Part shown: positions 9,455 to 19,195 of the stretch, piece after piece
Layout: each line of letters begins with the position of its first letter
Numbering within the stretch: position 1 is the first letter of the stretch
Origin: Escherichia phage JM10
Direction: 5' to 3' (one strand)
Sequence record: PP400777
Length of the DNA: 64,000 bases
Notes under the pieces: model-generated
Told to the model about the DNA's origin: nothing
What the model saw: only the letters and a program-made list of their open reading frames with translations
Databases searched by the model: none
Translations under genes and position numbers: made by a program

Positions 9455-10730
9455 TGGTGTTTAACCCTATGCATGATTTCTTTATTTTTACCAAGATTAA
9501 ATCCGCGTTCGTTCGGATTTCCCAAATAACCGCATGTTCTTCTTATGGTGTTCATCTTTTTAGGATCACTTTCTCCACAAACTGAACAAACAAATCCGTT
9601 TTCAGTAGGAGTCATTTCATGGGTACTTCCACATGTAAAACATTTATCTACTGGCATATTAACACCAAAATAATCTAAATGTTGTGCAGCATAATCCCAG
9701 ACAGCCTCAAGTCCCTTTAAATTGTTTTTCATATCTGGAAGTTCAACATAAGAAATGTGACCACCTGTCGCAATGAAATGATATGGCGCTTCACGAGAAA
9801 TCTTTTCAAACGGAGTAATATTTTCTTCTACTGAAACATGGAAACTGTTAGTGTACCAGCCTTTATCGGTGACATCCTTTACACTTCCATATTTTTCTGT
9901 ATCAAGTTTACAGAAGCGATAACAAAGGTTTTCAGCAGGAGTAGAATATAAACTAAAAGCAAATCCAGTTCTTTCAGACCACTGTTTAAGATGAGCATTC
10001 ATTTTAGTTAAAATTTCTTGTCCAATATCACGACCGACAAGAATATTCAATTCGTGAATACCGATGTATCCCAAAGACACTGAACTTCTACCGTTTTTAA
10101 ATAACTCAATTATGTCGTCATCAGGTTTAAGACGAACCCCGAATGCACCTTCTTGGTAAAGAATAGGAGCTACAGTTGCTTTAACACCCTTTAAAGAACT
10201 AATTCTACACATCAAGGCTTCAAAACACAGATCCATTCGTTCATTAAATAGCTCAACAAATTTCTGTTCATTGAACTGTGTTCCAATATAAGAATCTAAC
10301 GCAATACGAGGAAGATTCAATGTTACAACACCAAGATTATTACGTCCGTCAAGAATTTCATTTCCAGTTGAATCTTTCCATACACTCAAGAAACTACGAC
10401 AGCCCATTGGAGAAACTGGAACTGAAGAACCAGTAATAGCTTTATTATTCTTAGCTGAAATAATATCAGGATACATCCTTTTGCTTGCGCACTCTAAAGC
10501 AAGTTGCTTAATGTCGTAATTCGGATCGTCTTTATAAAGATTAACGCCTTCTTCAACGAACATAACAAGCTTAGGGAAAATAGGAGTTATCCCATCACGT
10601 CCAAGACCTTTAATACGATTTTTCAGAATTGCTTTCTGAATCATTCGTTCGGTCCAGTCAGTTCCCGTACCAAATGTAATTGTTACAAAAGGAGTCTGTC
10701 CGTTTGAACTGAAAAGTGTATTTACTTCAT
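9451..10730 (-). CDS. nrdD: anaerobic ribonucleoside-triphosphate reductase NrdD, exon 2 (C-terminal part)
   Basis: Ends with glycyl-radical motif RRTCGYLG; joined to exon 1 (11776..12313) it gives a 605-aa product reading …DAFQAYE-Y-EVNTLFSSNGQ…. Confidence 0.85.
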
Positions 10731-11775
10731 CATTATATTCAGCATGAGTCGCAAATTCATGCCCGTTTATATGAAACAACAAAATTTGGATAGTCCATAG
10801 ATATGCAACGTTCTTTTATAGTGCTAGGATGAAAATTTAGCGCTTTAGCTGCTTCTATATAAGACGTATACTTAATACCGTCAACAACCACATATTCAGG
10901 AACTTTATGAATAGTAGTCTTAATACTCAAAACAAGAGGATGAGTTTCGACTTCACTTTCAGTGCAATTTAAATATTCCGCTGCTTTTTTAAAACTTCTA
11001 AAAGTTTTATTTTTAAGCTTTATCGATACTTGTTTTTTACTTTTTCGACTATTGATATTATTTTGCACATGTTCCTTAGATCTTCCGTTTTTAGCATAAT
11101 ATTCAGCTACAGAAGATTTTATATTGTTTTTATGAGATTCGGATAACACTTTACCCTTATGAGCATCTCTTAATTTTTGAATATGTTCTTCAGTATCCGG
11201 ATGCTTATAAAACTTTTTACCGCCTATGGATTTATTTAAACATTTTTTGCTATAAAAATATTTACGTATGACCTCTTCTTCATGTTTTAATGCATCTTTA
11301 TAACTATCAAATGTTTTTAAAATTATCCATTTAGTAGGTGTATCAGTTTTTAAGCGTTCATTTATATACTTAGATGACGTTGTGTAAGTTTTCCAGTTTG
11401 TGGGCTTGTTTTTAATTGTTCTAAATTTTTTATAACCGATATAAATGTCGCCATTAGAAAACTTAACTAAGTATGTAAATGCGTCTTTATCTTTTATTTT
11501 AGTACAACGTCTTTTTATCCATTTCATTGTTTCACCTCGTATTCATAAGATAATCTTATTTATACAAGATGACTGCTGCATGTCGCCATGCAGATTAGAC
11601 TATATCTTCATCTTTCGATGCCGGCCGTTTCGAATAGCATTAGCTTCTATTCTACACCGCTACATTCATCACGGTTAGTCGTTAGGCATTTAGTTCAAAA
11701 GAACATTTAGCACGGGATTGTCTACTAGAGAGGTTCCCCGTTTAGACCGGTTTTACATGAGCCTGAATTAAATTA
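10731..11775 (-). mobile_element. group I self-splicing intron in nrdD carrying a homing endonuclease ORF
   Basis: Conserved group I core on the minus strand (TCTAAACGGGGAACCTCTCTAGTAGACAATCCCGTGCTAAAT, AAATGCCTAACGACTA); P1 pairing of exon UAUGAGU with IGS GCUCAUG gives U-G at the 5' splice site; intron ends …GAATATAATG. Confidence 0.8.
10757..11527 (-). CDS. intron-encoded GIY-YIG homing endonuclease (I-TevII-like)
   Basis: 256 aa; GIY-YIG-like N-terminus (YLVKFSNGDIYIGY), NUMOD3-like basic repeats, I-TevI-like C-terminal DNA-binding module. Confidence 0.8.
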   Translation of the reverse strand: MKWIKRRCTKIKDKDAFTYLVKFSNGDIYIGYKKFRTIKNKPTNWKTYTTSSKYINERLKTDTPTKWIILKTFDSYKDALKHEEEVIRKYFYSKKCLNKSIGGKKFYKHPDTEEHIQKLRDAHKGKVLSESHKNNIKSSVAEYYAKNGRSKEHVQNNINSRKSKKQVSIKLKNKTFRSFKKAAEYLNCTESEVETHPLVLSIKTTIHKVPEYVVVDGIKYTSYIEAAKALNFHPSTIKERCISMDYPNFVVSYKRA

Positions 11776-12313
11776 ACTCATACGCCTGGAATGCATCGTA
11801 TACATCTTTTTCTGTTTTAGATTGAGCATAATTCAACGCATCAGCGATTTGCCATTTTTCTGCATCCTCAATATGTTTTGCATAGGTGCGTTTAACATAA
11901 GGAGAAAGAACTTTATCTACATTCGCAAATGTAGTTCCGCCATACTGGTGTGAAGCAACTTGTGCGGTAATTTGTGCCATAATTGCAGTAGCAACACCAA
12001 TAGATTTAGGCGTTTCAATTTGAGCATTGCCTAATTTAAATCCATTCTCAAGCATCCCCTTTAAATCGACTAAACAGCAATTGGTAAACGGAAGAGCAGG
12101 AGAATAATCAATATCATGCATGTGAATGATTCCACTTTCATGCGCATTCATAATAAAAGACGGGACCATATTTTTGGCAATGTGCTTAGACACAATACCA
12201 GCCATAAGGTCCCGTTGAGTTGGAAAAACACGAGAATCTTTATTAGCATTCTCGTTTAAAAGATCTTTATTAGTTTTATGAATCAGTCCTTCAATTTCTT
12301 TTTCAATTTTCAT
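11776..12313 (-). CDS. nrdD: anaerobic ribonucleoside-triphosphate reductase NrdD, exon 1 (N-terminal part)
   Basis: N-terminal 179 codons; the in-frame stop at 11768 lies in the intron just past the 5' splice site. Confidence 0.85.
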
Positions 12314-12783
12314 TTTAAACTCTTTCTAAGCTGCTTTTTGAATGAAGCTATTAATTGTGTTTTAGTATCAGATTCATTATATTCAAATCCTCTTTGAAGC
12401 ATCTCAGCCATCATTTCCTCTTTACCTAGTCTTGAGAACTCTTTAGTTTTGTCTGGAACAAAATTAGGATGGATATTATTATCAGAATAATCTTGTTTCA
12501 AATAAGCAAGAAGAGCTTCAAGCCATTCGAGGTAGTCAACATCACGTCCTTTAAGACCGGAACGGTTGAACTTATGCTTCATTTGACCTTCTGCTGCGTT
12601 GCACAGATTACAGAGTAATCCACGAACTCTACCGGCTTTTGGCCCGTTTAATTCGTGGTCGTGGTCAAGATGGTTACCTTGAACATCAGGGTCTAATTCA
12701 CGGTGGCAAATAGGACACTTACCGTTCTGTGCATCATAAAATTTTTGTTTTTCTTCTTTATATTTTGCGCCTGATAATAACAT
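12310..12783 (-). CDS. 49: endonuclease VII (Holliday junction resolvase) gp49
   Basis: 157 aa; zinc-binding CPIC…CNLCN; colinear with my recollection of T4 endo VII. Confidence 0.9.
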   Translation of the reverse strand: MLLSGAKYKEEKQKFYDAQNGKCPICHRELDPDVQGNHLDHDHELNGPKAGRVRGLLCNLCNAAEGQMKHKFNRSGLKGRDVDYLEWLEALLAYLKQDYSDNNIHPNFVPDKTKEFSRLGKEEMMAEMLQRGFEYNESDTKTQLIASFKKQLRKSLK

Positions 12784-12822
12784 GATAAACCCTTACCTTA
12801 AATAGATAAGGGTATTTATAAT

Positions 12823-12993
12823 TTAGTAAACGTTATAAAAGTTACGATGAGAACGTTTAGCTTTGCGAAGCTGACGTTTAGTAGGACGAACTGTAAATGG
12901 TTGTCCAGAGAAAAAATTCGGATCGGTTTTAATAAGCAAATACCAATCATGCTTGCCATTTTTTAATAAACGGTACAATAATTTAACTTGCAT
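12823..12993 (-). CDS. hypothetical small basic protein
   Basis: Start at the internal ATG preceded by GGAAGAG; the ORF-track start is TTG. Confidence 0.35.
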   Translation of the reverse strand: MQVKLLYRLLKNGKHDWYLLIKTDPNFFSGQPFTVRPTKRQLRKAKRSHRNFYNVY

Positions 12994-13121
12994 AATAATC
13001 TCTTCCCATTTCCATGTCAATTAATTCATTTATTGAAGGCTCATCATAACATGTTTCTTCGTCGTTGTAAACTGTTTCGACGTCTGGCTCGACAGTCTCC
13101 CATCGAGCCGAATACCACGGT

Positions 13122-13457
13122 TTAACCGCGGAGTTTATTGAGCTCTTCATAATCAATCCAGGATTCTAGTCCGGATGGCAAAGCTGATTCAATGTTCCAC
13201 AGAAGCTCTTCGATGGCTTGTAGGCGATTATATTCTTCAACAGTAATAGTAACCATTGTTTCAGGCTTTTTAACCAACATGTCATTCATCAGAATATACA
13301 GGTCTTCACAAACAGCCGGGTCGTCCCATGTCCATATTTCAGCATCTCGAACCAATGAAGTCGGAATCGAATTTAAAACTTCAAGCTTAGTAGGAGCGTC
13401 AGGGCCAAGAAGAGTTGCTACAAATTTATATGCTTTGGCGAAATCAATATTGTTCAT
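13122..13457 (-). CDS. hypothetical protein
   Basis: 111-aa ORF; start overlaps the nrdC stop. Confidence 0.5.
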   Translation of the reverse strand: MNNIDFAKAYKFVATLLGPDAPTKLEVLNSIPTSLVRDAEIWTWDDPAVCEDLYILMNDMLVKKPETMVTITVEEYNRLQAIEELLWNIESALPSGLESWIDYEELNKLRG

Positions 13458-13717
13458 TTAAAATATTCTCGCAGTTGGTCAAATCCACCAATATGACTTC
13501 CGTCAGGAGCAAACACTTGAGGCATAGTCAATCCGACTTGTGATTCACGCCCAAGCTTAACCAGAAGCTCAGCAATTTTCTCATCATCGAACACACCTTT
13601 TTCTGGCATAACATTAATGAATTCGAACGGCTGTTTCTTAACAGCCAGCAATCGTTTCGCATTATCACAATAAATGCATTTATGAATAGTAGAGTCATAA
13701 CCGTACACTTTAAACAT
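13454..13717 (-). CDS. nrdC: thioredoxin/glutaredoxin NrdC
   Basis: 87 aa from MFKVYGYD…; CIYC active site. Confidence 0.85.
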   Translation of the reverse strand: MFKVYGYDSTIHKCIYCDNAKRLLAVKKQPFEFINVMPEKGVFDDEKIAELLVKLGRESQVGLTMPQVFAPDGSHIGGFDQLREYFK

Positions 13718-14123
13718 TATTTTTCCTTTCATCGATTAAATATGCAACACCAAATACAATACATGTAATAAAACCTGTGATACCGATAGAGAACATCAAC
13801 ACTGTACCAAAGAACCAAATCAGGTTATCTTTAGTAGTTTGTTTGATATCCATCTCACGAATTTCTATAGCTATCGTATCACCTTTATTCAGAAGCGTAT
13901 AAAATGATGGAGATACATGCCTGTCAAAAACTCGTCCTTGTTCATCTTTATAAACTGCAATAAATTCTAATTTAGAATATTTTCCTGTAGATTGTCCTGA
14001 GATTAGCTCTACTACCTCCACAGGAATTACTTTAGTTTCCATATAAGTATTCTGGCTGTTCCAAATGAATGGAATAATGGCAAAAACTAAAGCTGCGATA
14101 AAACAACGAAGGCTATATCTCAT
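13710..14123 (-). CDS. membrane protein
   Basis: 137 aa with N-terminal and C-terminal hydrophobic segments. Confidence 0.5.
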   Translation of the reverse strand: MRYSLRCFIAALVFAIIPFIWNSQNTYMETKVIPVEVVELISGQSTGKYSKLEFIAVYKDEQGRVFDRHVSPSFYTLLNKGDTIAIEIREMDIKQTTKDNLIWFFGTVLMFSIGITGFITCIVFGVAYLIDERKNNV

Positions 14124-14428
14124 TATAATGTTCTCTCAAATTTGTGGAAGCATTTACGACATTTCAATTTCAAGTTATCAGTGGTCCAGTTAACCAGTTG
14201 GACTTGGATAGTTCCACATTCCGGACATGGGTGTTTTGCTGCCGATTTGGCAGCATTTTCACGTCGTTCAACCATTTTCATTATTTCGTCCCATGCCGGA
14301 GGAACGAACTCTTCTTCACCGTGGATTTTATTTCTCTGAACAAATTCAATCTTTGAACTATCGTCAATAAACTTAACCAAGCGGTGACTAGTGTTCATAT
14401 CAATATCCTCTAAAAGACGTAGGTTCAT
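14123..14428 (-). CDS. zinc-ribbon protein
   Basis: 101 aa; CPECG…CRKC motif. Confidence 0.5.
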   Translation of the reverse strand: MNLRLLEDIDMNTSHRLVKFIDDSSKIEFVQRNKIHGEEEFVPPAWDEIMKMVERRENAAKSAAKHPCPECGTIQVQLVNWTTDNLKLKCRKCFHKFERTL

Positions 14429-15378
14429 TATAACACCTCAATGGCATTTCGTAAACCATCCGCTTTCGCATTCAGAGCTTTTAACGATTTAGTCTGTTCT
14501 TTAATCTGAGCTTCGACTTCTTTCAGACGAGATTTGAGATATTCGCGTTCTTCTCTTAAGTTATCAACTTTTTCTGCTTTAGGCTCTTTAATAGGCTTAG
14601 GTTTATACGTATTAGGGTTCTTCAGCTTAATTTGAATACGAGAACTGAATAACATTGAACCGTTATCTTCGGATTCGTCGAACGTTTCAACAACATCCAT
14701 AGTCTCTAACAATGTAATAAGTTTATAAGACAACGAACGAACGGTTTTGTTATGCTTATTAATTTCTTCGGCTTTCATGGTACCGAGATTACGTGAGTAG
14801 TAATAAGGAACCTGGATATCAATTGACAATGATGCGTTACCATTACCAGTTGGTTTGAATACTGCAGTAACCCAATCTTTAACATGAACTTTATTTGTAC
14901 GACCATCACCGCCTGTGAATAATTTACGAGAATGTTTAAAAAGCATATTCACTTGGTTATTGAATTCACAAGCAAATTTATCAGCAAATTTAGTTTCAGG
15001 AATGGTAGAGAACCAATCAGCCAAATGAGCCTTTTTAACATCATTAACAATAGTGAATTCAACCAAATCGGTTTTAGATGTCACAGATTTAATAAAGCTC
15101 GGCTTCATAAAGTTTTTGATGTTATCACGAGCTACAGTAGAAGATAATAAACGAGAACGTTTGAACCATTGAAGCAGTGTCCCTAATGAATGAGAATATG
15201 CATTCTGAGTATCTTTACAGATATGATTTTCTTGGCCTGTGTATGTACCAAAATCGCGAAGAATACCACTTACTACATCTCGGTGTGGAACATCAAATCC
15301 TAGTGCACCAGAAGCGCGCTGAGCATGAACGTTAGCGATAAGACCGGCAAAGTATTCAATGTAATGTGAACGTGTCAT
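14428..15378 (-). CDS. hypothetical protein (nrdC.x region), coiled-coil C-terminus
   Basis: 316-aa ORF with long uninterrupted frame. Confidence 0.6.
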   Translation of the reverse strand: MTRSHYIEYFAGLIANVHAQRASGALGFDVPHRDVVSGILRDFGTYTGQENHICKDTQNAYSHSLGTLLQWFKRSRLLSSTVARDNIKNFMKPSFIKSVTSKTDLVEFTIVNDVKKAHLADWFSTIPETKFADKFACEFNNQVNMLFKHSRKLFTGGDGRTNKVHVKDWVTAVFKPTGNGNASLSIDIQVPYYYSRNLGTMKAEEINKHNKTVRSLSYKLITLLETMDVVETFDESEDNGSMLFSSRIQIKLKNPNTYKPKPIKEPKAEKVDNLREEREYLKSRLKEVEAQIKEQTKSLKALNAKADGLRNAIEVL

Positions 15379-15435
15379 AATATTTTCCTCTCGTTAAGAT
15401 AGAAAGATTATACTCCAACCATCCTTGGTTGTACA

Positions 15436-16431
15436 TCATTCCTTAAGAAGTTTTACTACCTGAATAAGATTAGCTCGTTCTGTTTTATTTTTACCATTTA
15501 AGCCTGCTAATCGTGAGATTTCATAGTCAGTCTGTTGAATAGTTACATTAAGTTCGTTAATCAAAGCTTCAAAGTATTTGATTTGCTCAGCATGTTTTGA
15601 TTCAAATTTCTGAACCGGAATAACGTCTTGGTTCAGTTCATCAATAAGGTCTTTAAGAGCATCTTCTTGGTTGATATCATATTCAACTTCTTTTATTTCT
15701 TCAGCGAGCTCGTCTTTATATCTAACGTCTTTTAGTCCTGGTGCTGGTCCTGAAATCTCTTCTTTAAGAGTACAAACATATCCAATACGGTATCCAATGC
15801 CGTCTCGCTTGATATCAACTTCGTCGATAAATCCACAATGTTTAAGACCGGAGCCGATTAGGTCAAAATATCCTTGACGTCGTCCTTCAAACGTTACACG
15901 AACTACTAAAACGGTTTTACCTGCAACCTTTTGAAGCTCGCATTTATAAAAGTCTGTTGAACCTGAATAACGCGGATGAGTTTTAAAGTTCATCTGACGA
16001 TCTAGACCCATTTGTAAGCGTGCTGATACAGCCAGAAAACGTGTTTGGTTCTCGTTAAGATGAGCAACAATCCATTTCAAAGGCATTTTACCCTGTTCAC
16101 GACCGAACAAATCAGTACGTCCTAAATTACGCAGGATATTGTTAGAGTTAATCATCGACAGAATGTTAAGTTTATTCAGCGCGCTGAAGATTCCATCGGC
16201 CATTGATTTTCCGTAACCTTTACACGCTTTAATAAGTGCTCGCGGTAGATTAGTATAGATTTCAGGCGGCATATGAAAATCAAATTTACTAACCAGTAAT
16301 TGATGAACTTGGATAGCAATTTGTTCATAATTAAGTGCTCTGCGATCGTTATGGTCTTTAAACCACACTTTAATCTGTGAAGCACATAAACCGTTAATTT
16401 CATGTTTTACCGCATCAGATGTAATGCTCAT
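15436..16431 (-). CDS. hypothetical protein (nrdC.x region)
   Basis: 331-aa ORF; GAGGAA RBS. Confidence 0.6.
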   Translation of the reverse strand: MSITSDAVKHEINGLCASQIKVWFKDHNDRRALNYEQIAIQVHQLLVSKFDFHMPPEIYTNLPRALIKACKGYGKSMADGIFSALNKLNILSMINSNNILRNLGRTDLFGREQGKMPLKWIVAHLNENQTRFLAVSARLQMGLDRQMNFKTHPRYSGSTDFYKCELQKVAGKTVLVVRVTFEGRRQGYFDLIGSGLKHCGFIDEVDIKRDGIGYRIGYVCTLKEEISGPAPGLKDVRYKDELAEEIKEVEYDINQEDALKDLIDELNQDVIPVQKFESKHAEQIKYFEALINELNVTIQQTDYEISRLAGLNGKNKTERANLIQVVKLLKE

Positions 16432-16461
16432 AACTATTTCCTCAGATTGAATTGGAACTCA

Positions 16462-16496
16462 AAACCATTATAACCCGTCCTTGGGTAAAGCGTTTA
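16462..16496 (-). promoter_or_regulatory. middle-type promoter candidate (MotA-box-like CGCTTTA + TATAAT)
   Basis: Minus strand ataaaCGCTTTAcccaaggacgggt TATAAT; the 12-mer ataaacgcttta is also found at 1599-1610. Confidence 0.4.
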
Positions 16497-17021
16497 TGCG
16501 TGAACCGTCTTTAAACGTTCTTCAAATTTCCGAAGAGTACTAATACGTTCTGCTTTCTGTTTTGTATAGTTTGCAATACGTTCTGAAGTGAGAGCGTATC
16601 GTTCGTTTACTGTTTCTTTCATGAAGTCAGGGATTTCACGAGAAGCTTTAATTTCATCAAACTTATCGAGTACTGCCTGGTCTTCAGCGATTAAATTTTC
16701 GTACATCTCGATATCTTTCTTGATAAACTCGATATCTTCCTGGGTTACTTTGGATAAATGAGATGCTTTATCCTTTTTGTACTGCTCGTTAGTTTCACGA
16801 GACCAGAATAATGTACGTTTTTTGTTAGTGTTTTTGTAGACTTCCACAATTCCAACCGAATCGATGATAACAATCCAATTCCAGCGAGATTTGAAAATCT
16901 GACCTCCGTCCACGGTAATCTCGTTACCATAAGCAACGTCATTAAAGAACTTGCTTTGTGCTTCAGATTTAAATTTACCGTCGTTATAATTTACCAGGTT
17001 GAAAATATCTTTAGCGTTCAT
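16494..17021 (-). CDS. hypothetical protein
   Basis: 175 aa; GGAGGT RBS. Confidence 0.55.
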   Translation of the reverse strand: MNAKDIFNLVNYNDGKFKSEAQSKFFNDVAYGNEITVDGGQIFKSRWNWIVIIDSVGIVEVYKNTNKKRTLFWSRETNEQYKKDKASHLSKVTQEDIEFIKKDIEMYENLIAEDQAVLDKFDEIKASREIPDFMKETVNERYALTSERIANYTKQKAERISTLRKFEERLKTVHA

Positions 17022-17037
17022 GTTTTACCTCCAGTAG

Positions 17038-17077
17038 TTGATAGGTCTATAATAACATAACCGTAGACCTTGTAAAC
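17038..17077 (-). promoter_or_regulatory. PeSL-like early promoter + stem-loop cassette
   Basis: Minus strand GTTTAC-17-TATTAT with inverted repeat AGGTCTA/TAGACCT, then GGAGG RBS. Confidence 0.45.
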
Positions 17078-17079
17078 AA

Positions 17080-17367
17080 CTAAAAGAAACTTTTTTCGGT
17101 ATTTTTTCCACTGAACCAAACAGACTTCGGGATTTTTTGTAATTTTTCAGATTTAAGTTTCTCTTCCTGTTCTTTCTTATATACACCCTTGTCGTACTGG
17201 AGCATCTCTATGGCATTCTTTTGCAAACGATCTAAGGTAATTAAGGCTTTAGTTTTTCCTTTCAAGGAAGAGTCCTGGCGAACCTCCTCACTATATTGCA
17301 TCGTAGAACTAACCATACGATGAGCATAGAGTTCGACTGCGGCTTTAATTTTTTGCATAAAATCCAT
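17080..17367 (-). CDS. hypothetical protein
   Basis: 95 aa; GAGGA RBS. Confidence 0.45.
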   Translation of the reverse strand: MDFMQKIKAAVELYAHRMVSSTMQYSEEVRQDSSLKGKTKALITLDRLQKNAIEMLQYDKGVYKKEQEEKLKSEKLQKIPKSVWFSGKNTEKSFF

Positions 17368-17505
17368 AACATATCCTCTTTGATTTGTACATCATTATTT
17401 TTAAATATTTCTATGCCCTCAGTAGGTTCCTGGTGTCCTTCTTTGAGGTAAGCCATATGATTATTCATCTTTATGGCTTTTGTTACCTCAGAACTTCCTA
17501 TAAGC

Positions 17506-18507
17506 TTATTTCAGTAAAGTTACTTCAGAGATTTCCTCCCAACCATCTTTATCAGTTGAAATAAAATCTGCTACATAAAGAGCCGTACGTAATGATACAT
17601 TGCGAAGACGAGATACGTTAGCCTTCATCCAGGACAATGCTTTATACGTTTCTGCATCCGTCAGACCACGTTTCTGCATCATGTCAGTAGATAATATTAC
17701 ATCTTCAACTCGAACCATAATCTCTTCATTAGAGTGTACTCCAAGGTCCAAATACACTGAACGAGATACTAAAGCTTGAAGGTGTGGAGCAAGTTTAGAA
17801 CCGCGTTCTAACTCTTTATCGATATCAACGTTTGTAATGAAAACGATAGTACCTTCAAACTCAAATTCTTTATCAATACCCTTATCATCGAGATAAGATG
17901 ACGCAGTGCTCCAACAAACTTTGCGTTTATCTCCGGTATCTAATGCTGCTTTAAGAAGGTTCAAGATGTCCATATCTGAGAATACGTCAACGTCGTCGAT
18001 TAAGAGAACGCTGTCTGCATCACGGTTGAGCCAAAGTTGTTCGTAAAGGCCGATACCAGAGATTTTACCATTAATGCTTTTGTATTTGATGAAACCATTA
18101 TCATTAGCATTATTAAGCGCTTTATCCAGAGAATACGTCTTACCAATACCGGCTGCACCTGAAATAATGAGTGAACGAATTTTGCCATCAATAATGCCAT
18201 TCGTCATCATGTTCATTACTTTAAAGCGTTTGTTGATACGAGTTTTCATATCTTCAGTGCTTTCAACAACTGCAACCGGTGACGTCTCAACTCCTTCCAT
18301 TACGATGTCTGATTTGAAGACCCATACTCCACGTTCAGAACCATCAATCATAACGAAAATTTTACCATCACCTAAGTGGGAACATTCAGGATTAAGCTTT
18401 GCCGGGAACCAGGTCTTTGTGGCGACATAAGAACCAGAGATTTCGTTATTACGGTAGATACCTTTTTTGATTTGAACGTTGAACATTTTATTCTCCAATT
18501 TACTCAT
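17506..18507 (-). CDS. P-loop NTPase (AAA-like ATPase)
   Basis: 333 aa; Walker A GAAGIGKT and Walker B LLIDDVD. Confidence 0.65.
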   Translation of the reverse strand: MSKLENKMFNVQIKKGIYRNNEISGSYVATKTWFPAKLNPECSHLGDGKIFVMIDGSERGVWVFKSDIVMEGVETSPVAVVESTEDMKTRINKRFKVMNMMTNGIIDGKIRSLIISGAAGIGKTYSLDKALNNANDNGFIKYKSINGKISGIGLYEQLWLNRDADSVLLIDDVDVFSDMDILNLLKAALDTGDKRKVCWSTASSYLDDKGIDKEFEFEGTIVFITNVDIDKELERGSKLAPHLQALVSRSVYLDLGVHSNEEIMVRVEDVILSTDMMQKRGLTDAETYKALSWMKANVSRLRNVSLRTALYVADFISTDKDGWEEISEVTLLK

Positions 18508-18515
18508 TTCGTTTC

Positions 18516-18554
18516 GATAGGTCTATAATAACATGTTTAAAGCAAAAGTAAACA
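18516..18554 (-). promoter_or_regulatory. PeSL-like early promoter cassette
   Basis: Minus strand GTTTAC-17-TATTAT-AGACCTATC, upstream of the ATPase gene. Confidence 0.4.
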
Positions 18555-18555
18555 A

Positions 18556-18774
18556 TTATTTGCGACGAGATTTTTTGGTAAGAGGTTGAAAGAACACTGC
18601 TTTACCGGCTGGGGTTAAGGTGACTCGTAACGCATTACCGATTCCTAAGGATGCTTTAACTAGACCTTTAGCTTTCAGTTCACCGAATGCTTGACGTTGG
18701 TCTGCATCACGAGTGTTAACCATAAGACCTTTATCACCAGTTTCACGAATCATTTCTAACATTTTGGTTTTCAT
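18556..18774 (-). CDS. hypothetical small protein
   Basis: 72 aa from the internal ATG with a strong GAGGAG RBS. Confidence 0.5.
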   Translation of the reverse strand: MKTKMLEMIRETGDKGLMVNTRDADQRQAFGELKAKGLVKASLGIGNALRVTLTPAGKAVFFQPLTKKSRRK

Positions 18775-18791
18775 TTTGTTCTCCTCTTGTT

Positions 18792-18830
18792 TTGATAGGT
18801 CTATAATAACATATCCTAAAAGCATGTACA
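18792..18830 (-). promoter_or_regulatory. PeSL-like early promoter cassette
   Basis: Minus strand TGTACA-17-TATTAT-AGACCTATCAA. Confidence 0.4.
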
Positions 18831-18849
18831 CTACTTTTTAAAAATATTT

Positions 18850-18877
18850 TGACCCCCTAAAGGGACCCGAAGGTCCC
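18850..18877 (-). terminator. terminator-like hairpin
   Basis: Minus strand GGGACC-TTCG-GGTCCC followed by TTT; downstream of 18883..19164. Confidence 0.4.
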
Positions 18878-18882
18878 CACAT

Positions 18883-19164
18883 TTACTTATCGCACTTAGC
18901 AACATAATTAGGCATATCACAGAATACGGAGCGAGTAACTACTCGACCCTTTGACCATGCTTCAGTTGCTTGTCCGGCCGTGCTATTAATATAGCTTGAT
19001 TTAATGTTCTCAATACCCTGAGAATGTGATGCATTTACCGAACCATTAGAAGGCCCAGAAGTCTGGTTACCACCAGCTCCTGTACTACCGTTGGCTGCAC
19101 CCGTGGTAGCACCAACAGAGAATGCCATCATTACTGCGAATAAACCAATTACTAATTTTTTCAT
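18883..19164 (-). CDS. secreted Gly/Ser/Asn-rich protein (signal peptide)
   Basis: 93 aa; N-terminal MKKLVIGLFAVMMAFSVGA, two C-terminal Cys; a TATAAATA late-promoter match lies 33 nt upstream. Confidence 0.55.
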   Translation of the reverse strand: MKKLVIGLFAVMMAFSVGATTGAANGSTGAGGNQTSGPSNGSVNASHSQGIENIKSSYINSTAGQATEAWSKGRVVTRSVFCDMPNYVAKCDK

Positions 19165-19195
19165 ATTTACCTCAAGTTAATGGTTATTTATCTAT

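Noticed and set aside
17262-17468. 68-aa ORF overlapping the start of 17080-17367
   Set aside because: It spans the promoter cassette and overlaps the downstream gene by about 105 nt in another frame; the downstream gene has a proper GAGGA RBS and this ORF does not.
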